Positions 48,072 through 57,330 of a stretch of DNA of 64,000 bases are shown piece by piece. The DNA lies in the IMG/VR virus record IMGVR_UViG_3300037424_000485, positions 1 through 64,000 of that record; one strand, 5' to 3'. This stretch comes from a virus (lineage: Duplodnaviria; Caudoviricetes). The position numbers and the translations under genes were made by a program. The stretch's first letter is position 1. Every line of letters begins with the position of its first letter. The notes under the pieces are model-generated. The model had not been told where the DNA came from and searched no databases. It saw nothing but the letters and a program-made list of their open reading frames with translations.

Positions 48072-48406
48072 AAATATTATTAGTTGATGATATAAGAACA
48101 CCAGATAATATGAATCTTATAGACTCATATTTTTTGAAGTATATTAATGAAGTTGTAGAGTGGGATGTGGCTATAAATTATGCTGAAGCTATCCAATATC
48201 TTATGGAGAATAGTTATGATCTTATTACATTAGATCATGACCTTGGTGAAATAAAAACTGGTTATGATGTTGCCAACTGGTTGGAAAATTCTATTGTTAA
48301 TGGTAATATCATACATTCTGAAATTAGATGTCATTCTGCAAATCCCGTTGGTAGATTACGTATAAATAAGGTTATAACAAGCATAGAGAGGTTTAGAAGA
48401 CTATAA
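48068..48406 (+). CDS. Cyclic-phosphate-processing receiver-like domain protein
   Basis: LLVDDIRTP, ITLDHDLG..KTGYDVANWLE, HSANPVG. Confidence 0.75.
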   Translation: MKILLVDDIRTPDNMNLIDSYFLKYINEVVEWDVAINYAEAIQYLMENSYDLITLDHDLGEIKTGYDVANWLENSIVNGNIIHSEIRCHSANPVGRLRINKVITSIERFRRL

Positions 48407-48407
48407 A

Positions 48408-48695
48408 ATGTATTATACTGGATGGAAGTATCATATAGACAATGAAGATCATTTTAAAACTCTTCAAAGATATTGGATTGATAAACACTATACATGGGTA
48501 ACAGGTATTAAAAATGTATTAGATTTTGATTATATATATAACGAGTGTTGAACAGTACCAAACTGGCTTTATATCCAAGAAGACTGTGAAATGTTTTTTT
48601 GTAGAGGACTAGATAATGGTCAAGAAATCAATGATGATCATATTTACAATCTTGCTTATTTATATACAATACCAGAGGAGATGTTTAAAATATAA
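48408..48695 (+). pseudogene. Small gene with one in-frame TGA (48549-48551) and PEELF-type tail
   Basis: Frame otherwise open for 95 codons; ends YTIPEEMFKI. Confidence 0.55.
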
Positions 48696-48703
48696 ATACG
48701 TAT

Positions 48704-49087
48704 ATGAAAAAAGAAAATGAATTAGAGCCTTTGAGATGTGTATGTAAGAATCATCCTGATAATCTTGATATATTTAAAGAAGAAGGAACATGGATAATTT
48801 TATGTCATGAATGTGACTGTATGACTTATTCAGAGATAAGCAAGGATGATGCTATTAATGAGTGGAATGATATTATTGAATCAGAGAAGGATAGTATTCA
48901 CAAATCAAATATTGATTTTAATAATGAAATGCATGAAAGTATGTATAGATGGATTTATAATATTTCTGTTAGATGGAAGAAAGAGAATGGAAATTATATG
49001 ACTAGTTTAGATATGGAAGAAATGTATGAATTATTTTCTTTCCAACTTGAAGATATTAATAATAAAATTTCTAATTCAAATTTCTAA
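48704..49087 (+). CDS. Lar-like (restriction alleviation) zinc-ribbon protein
   Basis: LEPLRCVC...LCHECD...DAINEWN. Confidence 0.55.
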   Translation: MKKENELEPLRCVCKNHPDNLDIFKEEGTWIILCHECDCMTYSEISKDDAINEWNDIIESEKDSIHKSNIDFNNEMHESMYRWIYNISVRWKKENGNYMTSLDMEEMYELFSFQLEDINNKISNSNF

Positions 49088-49239
49088 TTCAAATTTGAAT
49101 CTGTTGCTTCTAAAATTCAAATATTATATTTCCCCCCTTAACAGGTTTTATTATACCTGTGAGAGTAAGGTTTGTAAACATAGAATATTAAAATAATTTA
49201 ATATATACAAATTATAATGTAAATACATAGAGATAAATT

Positions 49240-49385
49240 AACATAAAGAATTTAGCATTTTTTTCTTCTCATATTTTGGTATAAATATGGATAGACATGA
49301 TTTACTCCTTCAAAGTAGATTGTGGTTAGAAACCCATTAGCTATTAGCGTAGCAGTGGGTTTTGTTATTTCTAGTAGTATTTGAA
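49240..49385 (-). pseudogene. Relic of an HNH gene retaining its leader cassette
   Basis: ATG 49298 MSIHIYTKI* (compare MSIPIYIKK at 54705); leader nearly identical to 54706-54793; sense promoter decayed to TTCAAATA; left boundary approximate. Confidence 0.6.
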
Positions 49386-49428
49386 ATAGTTAGTTTACAT
49401 CTATTATGATATATATTACAATTATAGT

Positions 49429-50415
49429 ATGAAAAATTTATGTATGACAGACACTCACTTGGGTTTAAAAAAAGGGAGCCATTTTTGGCATGACGTAAGC
49501 ATAAGAGCATTTGAAGCTGTATGCAGACATGCAAAAGAAAACAATATCAACCGACTAATCCATTTAGGCGATTGGCATGATGATAGAAAACATATCAATA
49601 TCAACACTCTAACAATATCACAGAAGATAGGTGAAATGGTAAGTGAAGTATTTGATGAAGTCATCATACTAGCTGGAAACCACGACCTCTACTACAAGCA
49701 TAACGTTGAACCTTCGTCCCTTGAAGTTCTATCCAAATTCCACAACATAAAAATCATTTATGAACCTACCGTTATAAACAATATACTTTTTGTTCCTTGG
49801 ATTTTCGACAAAGCCATACTAGAAGATCCTACTGTTCCCTATTGTATAGGACACTTTGAAATTGGGGGTTTTATACCCGGTATGGAAGGTACTCTATCTC
49901 TAGGTGCTTTATCAGGGTTTAAGAAAGTCCTTTCAGGTCACTTTCATACCAAAATGGAATCAGGTAATGTTCATTATCTAGGAAGTCCATATCACATGAC
50001 ATTTAGTGATGTAGGTGAGAGAGGATTTCATATATTTGATGATGAAAATGGAGATCTAGAATTTTCCCCCTTGATAGATTTACCTAAATATATCACCCTA
50101 CGTCATGAAGATACTTTTAATAAAGAAGACATCACTGGAAACATAGTTAGAATATTTTTTACTAAAGACTTAGGAACAATAGAAACATCAAAAATTATAG
50201 AGAATGCCAAACAATATAATCCATATCAGCTATTTACCAAATTTCAAATAGAGGCCGGATTTACAAATGTAACTGTAGAAGAAAAGGACAAAGAAATTGT
50301 ATTCAAAAGTAACAAAGACCTTCATATGGAATATGTTGGACTATCTGAAGTTCCAGAGAATATAAAACATAAAACAGTCATGAAGATGATTGAAAATCTA
50401 TGGAAGGAAATTTAG
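49429..50415 (+). CDS. gp47: Recombination nuclease gp47 (Mre11/SbcD-like)
   Basis: TDTHLG, HLGDWHD, AGNHD, GHFE, SGHFH, GSPY. Confidence 0.9.
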   Translation: MKNLCMTDTHLGLKKGSHFWHDVSIRAFEAVCRHAKENNINRLIHLGDWHDDRKHININTLTISQKIGEMVSEVFDEVIILAGNHDLYYKHNVEPSSLEVLSKFHNIKIIYEPTVINNILFVPWIFDKAILEDPTVPYCIGHFEIGGFIPGMEGTLSLGALSGFKKVLSGHFHTKMESGNVHYLGSPYHMTFSDVGERGFHIFDDENGDLEFSPLIDLPKYITLRHEDTFNKEDITGNIVRIFFTKDLGTIETSKIIENAKQYNPYQLFTKFQIEAGFTNVTVEEKDKEIVFKSNKDLHMEYVGLSEVPENIKHKTVMKMIENLWKEI

Positions 50416-50765
50416 TAATGATTAAAGACCGTGTAATACCAAATATTGAAGTATCACCTAAAGTATATGCCTTTCATTTTAAATTAGGTGGTATATTACA
50501 TTCTGATGGTAGAAAAGCAAATTTTGAATGGGAAAATATAAAACAGTATGTATCGTATACTTACGAAGGGGCTGTAAAACAGCTACAAGATGAATTAGAA
50601 TCAGATGCTGATACTTCCAATTTAATTATATTTATTGGAAACATCAATATAGTAAAATTTAGTTATTGGGGTGTTAATGACATTTTCAATACAGCCTTTG
50701 AAATGTATGGTGATAAAGATATTGAGGATATTACAGATCCAGAACTATTTTGTGAGTTTAAATAA
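50400..50765 (+). CDS. Hypothetical protein (weak PELF tail)
   Basis: Between gp47 and gp46; ends TDPELFCEFK. Confidence 0.45.
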   Translation: MEGNLVMIKDRVIPNIEVSPKVYAFHFKLGGILHSDGRKANFEWENIKQYVSYTYEGAVKQLQDELESDADTSNLIIFIGNINIVKFSYWGVNDIFNTAFEMYGDKDIEDITDPELFCEFK

Positions 50766-50768
50766 TAA

Positions 50769-52967
50769 ATGTTAAAAATTTTAAGTACAGAATTCCGTAA
50801 TTTTCTATCGTATGGCAATCAGTGGACTCGCTTTGATGTTACATCTGGAATTCATCTGGTTATAGGCGAGGATACTGACAAGAAAAGATCAAATGGTAGT
50901 GGTAAAACTAGTTGTCTTGAACCTATATCTTATGGTCTTTTTGGAAACACTATTAAAGACCTAAACAAATCTAGAATCATAAACTGGAAAAATAAGAAAG
51001 AGTGTGAAGTTAAGATTAATTTTATAGCCATAACTGGTGATGAAATTATCATTCATCGTGGAATGAAGCCCAATATTTTTGATGTGTGGGTTAATGGTAA
51101 TAAACTAGAAACAACAGCCAGTGTAGTTGATTTTCAAAAAGAGATAGAAGAAACCTATATTGGTATGGATTTTAAAACCTTCTCTGGTATTGTTCATAGT
51201 AACCCTAATAACTCTATTTCGCTTCTTAGTACAAAGAAAGACCAGAAGAGAGCATTCCTTGAGAGATTGTTTAATTTGGAATCCTATTCTAAATTAGGAA
51301 AAGTTATCAATGTTAAATTACGAGGACTTAATGATACTCTAATTGTCTTGGAAAATGATCTTAAACATAAAAGGGAATATAAAGACTCATTTGACCGTCA
51401 ATTAATAGATGCTAAAGAAGAATTTGATTCTATCAATACAACAGGTCTTCAGAATGATATAAACCTCTTACACGTTGAATTAGATGCCTTAAAGAAGGTA
51501 TCCGTATTTGATTATGATAGCGACCAATTAATCAAAGACAAAGACATCCTTATAAATCAGGCTAACTCAATAGATATTGAAAAAGATACCCATAAGACAA
51601 AGAGAACAGAGCTATATGCAGAAAGAAAAAGTCTTCAAGATAGAAAACAAAGTATTGGGGATCTAACAGAAAAGCGTTATAAGGTTAAAAATGCAGAAAA
51701 GAATGTAGCTGAATTAGAGAAGATTAACTTTGAGGATATATTATCTAACCTTAATAAGGAACTAAAATATATCGATACCCGATCAGATGAGTTAGAACAA
51801 TATAGAGTAGAAAACTCTAATACTCTTGCTCAGATACGCGCAGACCTATCAAATTTACCATCTGTAGATGATTTGATAGGAAAATCTTCATGTCCTACAT
51901 GTGGACATGACGTGGACTACACAGCAATTAAAGATGATACTGATGTAAAGAAGAAAGAACTAAAAAAGCGTAGAGATTTTTGTGATACAAAAGGGATACA
52001 ACTAATAGAATGTGTTGCTACCAATAAAGAGAATCAAAAGATTCTTCTAGATGATAAGAAAAACATTGAAGATAAAAAAATCCTTCTTGACAAACTTAGA
52101 TTGATTATTGATAGTATGGATCTTGATGGTAAAGAGAAAGATTTAGAGATTATAGATAAAAGATTAATTAATATTGATATTGAAATAAAGGAGTTAGATG
52201 ATAAGATAGAAGCTATTGATATAACTCAAGCTAAAATACGGGCTGATATAGCAGATCTTGGAAATAAAATTGAGGACTATATAAAAGCTTTACATGATAT
52301 AGAAAAGAAAAATACTATAATAGATATTGTAGTGGAAAAGCTTGAAATTCATAAAGATAATAAAAAAAGATTTCAAACAAGATTAGATACCATTAATAAA
52401 TCGCTAGAAGAAATTTATAAAGAAATAACTAAGATTGAGGACTCATATAATAAATCAAACACCCTTAAAGACTATCTAACATTTATAAAAGATTCTCTAA
52501 AGGATGAGCATGTAAAGCAATACGCCATTAGCAGCATCTTACCAATACTAAACAAGCAAACAAACCACTATTTATCAGAAACAGGTCATTCATTTTACTT
52601 GCTTCTGGATGGATGGTTAGAGGCTGAAATTCGTGGTATTGGTATGGAAGATTGCAGCTTTGCTAACCTTTCAGGAGGTGAATCAAAGAGTATAGATTTA
52701 GCTATTAAATTTGCATGTCATGATATTGCAAAAGCGTTATCAACAGCATCAACTAACATATTGATATTAGATGAGATTTTGGATAGTAGTATTGACTCTT
52801 ATGGTATTCAACAGTTAGTAGATATTGTTTCTATTAAACAGCAAGAAGACAATCTTGCTGTTTATATAATCAGTCATCGTCCTGAAGTTGGAGATTTAGA
52901 GTTTGATAGTGTTATTAAAGTGGTAAAAGAAGATGGCTATAGCCATTTAGAGTTATCGATAGAATAA
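50769..52967 (+). CDS. gp46: Recombination ATPase gp46 (Rad50/SbcC-like)
   Basis: FRNFLSYGN, NGSGKTS, coiled coils with CPTCG hook, LSGGE, ILILDEILD. Confidence 0.92.
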   Translation: MLKILSTEFRNFLSYGNQWTRFDVTSGIHLVIGEDTDKKRSNGSGKTSCLEPISYGLFGNTIKDLNKSRIINWKNKKECEVKINFIAITGDEIIIHRGMKPNIFDVWVNGNKLETTASVVDFQKEIEETYIGMDFKTFSGIVHSNPNNSISLLSTKKDQKRAFLERLFNLESYSKLGKVINVKLRGLNDTLIVLENDLKHKREYKDSFDRQLIDAKEEFDSINTTGLQNDINLLHVELDALKKVSVFDYDSDQLIKDKDILINQANSIDIEKDTHKTKRTELYAERKSLQDRKQSIGDLTEKRYKVKNAEKNVAELEKINFEDILSNLNKELKYIDTRSDELEQYRVENSNTLAQIRADLSNLPSVDDLIGKSSCPTCGHDVDYTAIKDDTDVKKKELKKRRDFCDTKGIQLIECVATNKENQKILLDDKKNIEDKKILLDKLRLIIDSMDLDGKEKDLEIIDKRLINIDIEIKELDDKIEAIDITQAKIRADIADLGNKIEDYIKALHDIEKKNTIIDIVVEKLEIHKDNKKRFQTRLDTINKSLEEIYKEITKIEDSYNKSNTLKDYLTFIKDSLKDEHVKQYAISSILPILNKQTNHYLSETGHSFYLLLDGWLEAEIRGIGMEDCSFANLSGGESKSIDLAIKFACHDIAKALSTASTNILILDEILDSSIDSYGIQQLVDIVSIKQQEDNLAVYIISHRPEVGDLEFDSVIKVVKEDGYSHLELSIE

Positions 52968-53040
52968 AAGGAGAAACAAATGAAAAACAAAAAATGTGAA
53001 ATTAAGGAAAAACAAATGAAAAACAAAAAATGTGAAATTA
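52968..53040. repeat. 36-bp tandem duplication of RBS + start of the vWA gene
   Basis: AAGG-x-AAACAAATGAAAAACAAAAAATGTGAAATTA twice. Confidence 0.8.
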
Positions 53041-53675
53041 TTGCAATCGTAGACCGTAGTGGATCTATGTATGATATTGTAAATGATGCTATTGGCGGGT
53101 TTAACACTTTCTTAAACGGACAAAAGAAAGAAGAAGGAGAAGCAAATTTTACCCTTGTACTTTTTGATACTGAGTATTCATCTCCTTATGAAAGTAGACC
53201 TATCAACGAAGTTAAAGAACTTGATAAGACTACTTTTGTACCTCGCGGAGGTACTGCATTATATGATGCTGTTGGTAAATCTATTGTATCAACACAAGAG
53301 CGTATCAAAACCATGAAAGATAGTGAGAAACCAGATAATGTTATTATTGCAATTCTTACTGATGGTGGTGAAAATGCAAGTCGTGAATTCACACAAAGCG
53401 CAATTAAGAAAATGATTGAAGATGTTCAGAAAGATTCAGATTGGGGTTTTGTTTTTCTTGCTGCAAATCAAGATGCTACTCTTGCCGCTACTAATATTGG
53501 TATAGGTAGTCAATATGCAATGAATTTTGCCGGGTCTTCAAGGGGTATTGCTAAGTCATTTGATGCTATGAATAACACAGTATCAGCCTATCGTTCAGGT
53601 GTTGATAAGAGTACCTTATATGCGTCTGCTATGACATCTATGACCGATGAGATTGATGATAAGAGGGGAGTATAA
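52980..53675 (+). CDS. Stand-alone vWA-domain protein
   Basis: IAIVDRSGSM (MIDAS DxSxS), GGTALYDAVG, ILTDGGENAS. Confidence 0.85.
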   Translation: MKNKKCEIKEKQMKNKKCEIIAIVDRSGSMYDIVNDAIGGFNTFLNGQKKEEGEANFTLVLFDTEYSSPYESRPINEVKELDKTTFVPRGGTALYDAVGKSIVSTQERIKTMKDSEKPDNVIIAILTDGGENASREFTQSAIKKMIEDVQKDSDWGFVFLAANQDATLAATNIGIGSQYAMNFAGSSRGIAKSFDAMNNTVSAYRSGVDKSTLYASAMTSMTDEIDDKRGV

Positions 53676-53896
53676 TGCGTATATTCACAACTAACAAAAG
53701 AGCGTTAGAGTCTGTATCAAACAAAAAGCAGCTATGGATGAATTCATTATGTCCTTTTAAAGAAAATAAGCTGTGCGGCAACTGGTGTGCTATGTTCTTT
53801 ATGGGGAAGAGCACAGCAGAAAGTACACCTTATGTGATACTAGGATGTAAAGGAAGTGATAAAATGCTATATATAGACGATATTATATATGAATAA
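53675..53896 (+). CDS. Small Cys-containing hypothetical protein
   Basis: LCPFKENKLCGNWCAMF. Confidence 0.45.
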   Translation: MRIFTTNKRALESVSNKKQLWMNSLCPFKENKLCGNWCAMFFMGKSTAESTPYVILGCKGSDKMLYIDDIIYE

Positions 53897-53904
53897 ATAT
53901 TACA

Positions 53905-54705
53905 TTATTTACATTTTTTTCTTCTCATGTCACAATGCTTATGAATAGCATTGTGACATTTTTTGCATAATGTAATACAATTATCAACATCGGCACTTTC
54001 TATTTTATTTATCTCAATGCCTTCAAAGTGATGGCAATGAAGGTCTGATGTTGAATTACATTTTTGACATTTCCAATTATCTCTTTCAAGAACCAATTTT
54101 CTCAACTGAGGGCCTACTTCACGTGAAGTATCCGGTTTGATGCCTTCTAAGTGTTTGTATTTATTATAAGTTCCGCATGATTTTTTACAACTGGTAGAAC
54201 AATAAAGATTTGATTCCCCTGTTTTTGTACCATCAATAGCTTGAATTCTCAATCTAACTTCTCCTGTTTTGGGCTTAAAATATTTACCACAATATTTACA
54301 TCTTACTTCAAGTGATACACCATCATCAGCTAATCTAGGTTCTTCTTCTACTGTTAGCCTGTTATTATATAATTGATATAGCGCGTCTGTTTTTAGATGG
54401 TATTTCTTTTTCTCAGAAATAATATCTTTGTTATTTGCTCTATATTTTTTATTACTATCGTTAATATTTTCTTTGTTATCTGTTCTATACTGTCTATGGT
54501 ATAGATTAATTTTTTCTTGATTATTATAATAATATTTCTTATTACTATCGTTAATATTTTCTTTGTTATCATCTCTATACTGTTTTTGGCATTGTTTGCA
54601 AGTATATGAAATTCCATCAAAATATCTCTTATTACTATTAAATTCATCAAAAGATTTTATTTCATTACATTTAGGACATTTTTTGATATAAATAGGGATA
54701 GACAC
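53905..54705 (-). CDS. HNH homing endonuclease (family copy 5; GTG start)
   Basis: CPKCNEIK, YRxDNKENINDSNKKY x2, EEPRLADDGVSLEVRC, shared HNH. Confidence 0.88.
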   Translation of the reverse strand: MSIPIYIKKCPKCNEIKSFDEFNSNKRYFDGISYTCKQCQKQYRDDNKENINDSNKKYYYNNQEKINLYHRQYRTDNKENINDSNKKYRANNKDIISEKKKYHLKTDALYQLYNNRLTVEEEPRLADDGVSLEVRCKYCGKYFKPKTGEVRLRIQAIDGTKTGESNLYCSTSCKKSCGTYNKYKHLEGIKPDTSREVGPQLRKLVLERDNWKCQKCNSTSDLHCHHFEGIEINKIESADVDNCITLCKKCHNAIHKHCDMRRKKCK

Positions 54706-54793
54706 GACTTACTCCTTTCAAGTAGATTGTGGTTAGAAACCCATTAGCTACTGATAATAGCAATGGGTTTTGTTGTCTCTATTAGTATTTATA
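54687..54793. promoter_or_regulatory. HNH leader cassette: sense late promoter, hairpin, antisense late promoter
   Basis: TATTTATA 54786-54793, stem 54737-54770, plus-strand TATAAATA 54687-54694. Confidence 0.65.
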
Positions 54794-54926
54794 TAATTTT
54801 TCTCTTGACCTTTATTGATTAGTAGAGTATATATAGATTTTATTAATTATTAAAATGTGTGTTATGTGATAGATATTAAAAAGGACATTATAAAATATAC
54901 TTTTTCTGTGCACACTTTCCCAGTTA

Positions 54927-55214
54927 GTGGTGTTACCTATGTATAATTTTGATAAAGGCGAATATAAAATATATGTGTATAATGATGGAAAATTAATAGA
55001 TGAGTTAAAAAGAAAATTTAAGGGTGATGATAGAATGTTATCACATCTTAAATGTATTAATCAAGATACGTATTATTTTAGAATAAAAAATGGCATATTC
55101 GTAGGACATAACCATGAAGAATACAAACATTATGATACTAAAAATACAATAATGGTAGATGGTAGAACCTTAGTATGTATGGGTATTGTTCCAGAAGAAT
55201 TATTTAAAATGTGA
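54927..55214 (+). CDS. Hypothetical protein with PEELF-type tail
   Basis: Ends GIVPEELFKM. Confidence 0.5.
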   Translation: MVLPMYNFDKGEYKIYVYNDGKLIDELKRKFKGDDRMLSHLKCINQDTYYFRIKNGIFVGHNHEEYKHYDTKNTIMVDGRTLVCMGIVPEELFKM

Positions 55215-55230
55215 ACACTAAAGGTATTTT

Positions 55231-55800
55231 ATGAGATGGATTAGAAAAGAGATAGATATTACAGAATGGCATGATTGGTATGCTTGGCATCCTGTAGCTA
55301 TAGGTGGATCTGTAGTTTGGTTTGAGACTGTAAAAAGAAAATGGAATATCTCTAAATCATGGGATATTGATCATCTTGTAACTAGCTATTATGTAGGTGG
55401 ATGGGATTATACAACTGGTAGTAAATATTTAAATATCTACCTAGCTGGTGGTATGAAAACAGACTGGCAGGATAAAGTAATTCTATCATATGCCGAACAC
55501 ACCTACTTCGATCCAAGGTCACATGGTCTTGAAAATCCTGTTGAATATACAAAATGGGATATGGATCATGTAGCCAAAGCAGATCTGGTATTTGCTTATT
55601 TTGAAAAAACAAATCCTTTGGGTTTCGCTATGTGTGCTGAGATTGGAGCTGCTTATAATGCAGGGAAAATCATAATTCTTGTCGATGAGAAACAGCAAAA
55701 ATCATGGGATCTGATTAGGTGTTGTTGTGATCATGTTGTTGACAACCTTGAGGATGGTATTGCTATCCTTGGCGAATATTCTAAAATTATTATGAAATAA
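55231..55800 (+). CDS. Nucleoside 2-deoxyribosyltransferase-like domain fused to a Trp-rich N-terminal module
   Basis: IYLAGG...DMDHVAKADLVFAY...AEIGAAY. Confidence 0.7.
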   Translation: MRWIRKEIDITEWHDWYAWHPVAIGGSVVWFETVKRKWNISKSWDIDHLVTSYYVGGWDYTTGSKYLNIYLAGGMKTDWQDKVILSYAEHTYFDPRSHGLENPVEYTKWDMDHVAKADLVFAYFEKTNPLGFAMCAEIGAAYNAGKIIILVDEKQQKSWDLIRCCCDHVVDNLEDGIAILGEYSKIIMK

Positions 55801-55885
55801 CCATTCTTTTTTCTTGACAATGGTTTGAATAGTATGTATAGTACATATATAACAAAGAGAGAAACACAACAATAGGCAGGTAAAT

Positions 55886-56128
55886 ATGGGTGTTGAAAGA
55901 GTTGACTACTATTCTGATGATGATTTCCCTTTACAGCATGAGGTGTATGATGGTTTGCTATATGATGAATATGAGCCAGATCAAATCGATATGATGTCTG
56001 AAGACGAGCTAAGAGAAGAACTACGTAAATCAATTTCAATCATATTAGAACAGAGACAAGGAGAATTTATCTGTAAAAAATGTGGATTACGCCAAGAAAA
56101 TAAAATGGGAAATGACAGTCCTTTCTAA
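55886..56128 (+). CDS. Small acidic protein with CxxC
   Basis: Promoter TTGACA-17-TATAGT at 55814. Confidence 0.5.
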   Translation: MGVERVDYYSDDDFPLQHEVYDGLLYDEYEPDQIDMMSEDELREELRKSISIILEQRQGEFICKKCGLRQENKMGNDSPF

Positions 56129-56141
56129 TTAACAATAAAAG

Positions 56142-56444
56142 GTGAACGGTATGAAAACTAAAAGAATCCCCACTATCAATATTAACCGTGAAGATGTAAA
56201 AGCTATTATTAAGACAGCCACTGGTACGATGTTCACTGTTGTTTTTGAGAAGAAAGACAAAACCATCCGTACACTTAACGGTAGACTTCAAGTATGGAAA
56301 TATACCAAAGGTGGTGTTAATACCGTTGCTCATATTCCTGATTATATGACAATGTTTGATGTTAATATTAATGACTATCGTAATGTTAATGTTAACCGGG
56401 TAACTGAAATGCGTATCCGTGGTCATAGGTATGTAGTAAAATAA
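56142..56444 (+). CDS. WYL-like/SH3-fold phage protein
   Basis: FTVVFEKKDKTIRTLNGR...MFDV...YRNVNV. Confidence 0.5.
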   Translation: MNGMKTKRIPTININREDVKAIIKTATGTMFTVVFEKKDKTIRTLNGRLQVWKYTKGGVNTVAHIPDYMTMFDVNINDYRNVNVNRVTEMRIRGHRYVVK

Positions 56445-56507
56445 AGTTGTTTTCTTTTAAAAAATTATTATTTTATATAAATAAATATAACAATCAAAGG
56501 AATTTAT

Positions 56508-56984
56508 ATGAAATTTAATAATTTTTTAAAAGAAAGTACAAAACCACCAAAACCATCCACCAATTGTGATTATAAAGTAAATGTTTTTACTTCATTTTTA
56601 TCACCAGATGAAAAGGATGTATCCTATCTATATTCATTATCAGATAAGACAAATAAAAACTTTGTATTGTCAAATGACGGGTCTGTATTCTTTTGGGAGT
56701 ATACAGGTAGTAAAAAAGATAAAGAAATATTTTCATGTGCTGAAAAGTCAGATGAGAAACTTGAAAAACCTCATGCATCTAAAAAAGAATACTTTGCTGG
56801 TGTTCTTGATGGGAAGTATGTAGTTATAGATTCAAACCATAAGATTGTTATCTCAGCAAATTCATTTGATCGTATGATGGCTGATATTGTTGAAGATTGG
56901 GGAAAATATCCAATTTACGATTGGCCTGAACCAGATAGTAAGGATGGATCTGCTGGAGTTTATGACAGAAACCATTACAGTTAA
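56508..56984 (+). CDS. Isolated capsid-targeted protein with its own late promoter
   Basis: MKFNNFLKE; TATAAATA 56476-56483. Confidence 0.6.
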   Translation: MKFNNFLKESTKPPKPSTNCDYKVNVFTSFLSPDEKDVSYLYSLSDKTNKNFVLSNDGSVFFWEYTGSKKDKEIFSCAEKSDEKLEKPHASKKEYFAGVLDGKYVVIDSNHKIVISANSFDRMMADIVEDWGKYPIYDWPEPDSKDGSAGVYDRNHYS

Positions 56985-57024
56985 ATAAGTAGTTGACATC
57001 TGTATATAAAATGTAGTATAGTAG

Positions 57025-57266
57025 TGCAACATATAAATGATGGAGAGTTAAAGATATTGTTCTTTAACTTAAAGTTATTTCGCATAAGAGAGCAATTCTC
57101 TTAGACCATCTTACGGATGGTAGGAAACCTTTAAAGGGAGTAGAAATGATGAAAAATACAATGGACACCTATATAGTGTCATCGTCACATTCATTCGATC
57201 ATACCGGATAGAAAAACCCCAAGTAGTAAATAAATACGTTACAACTGAAGTACAAATTTTGTTGCA
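57025..57266 (+). ncRNA. Candidate multi-hairpin ncRNA or leader
   Basis: TTGACA promoter at 56993; hairpins 57046-57069, 57085-57103, 57105-57121, 57164-57180; terminal TGCAAC/GTTGCA. Confidence 0.45.
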
Positions 57267-57330
57267 TAGTTATATCTAAAAATTTATATATCTATCCAGC
57301 ACATACCTATTATCTATAAGGATATTTAAA

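Noticed and set aside
57025-57266. Group I intron or RNase P RNA
   Set aside because: No flanking split gene and no recognisable P7 or GAGGAAAGTC core
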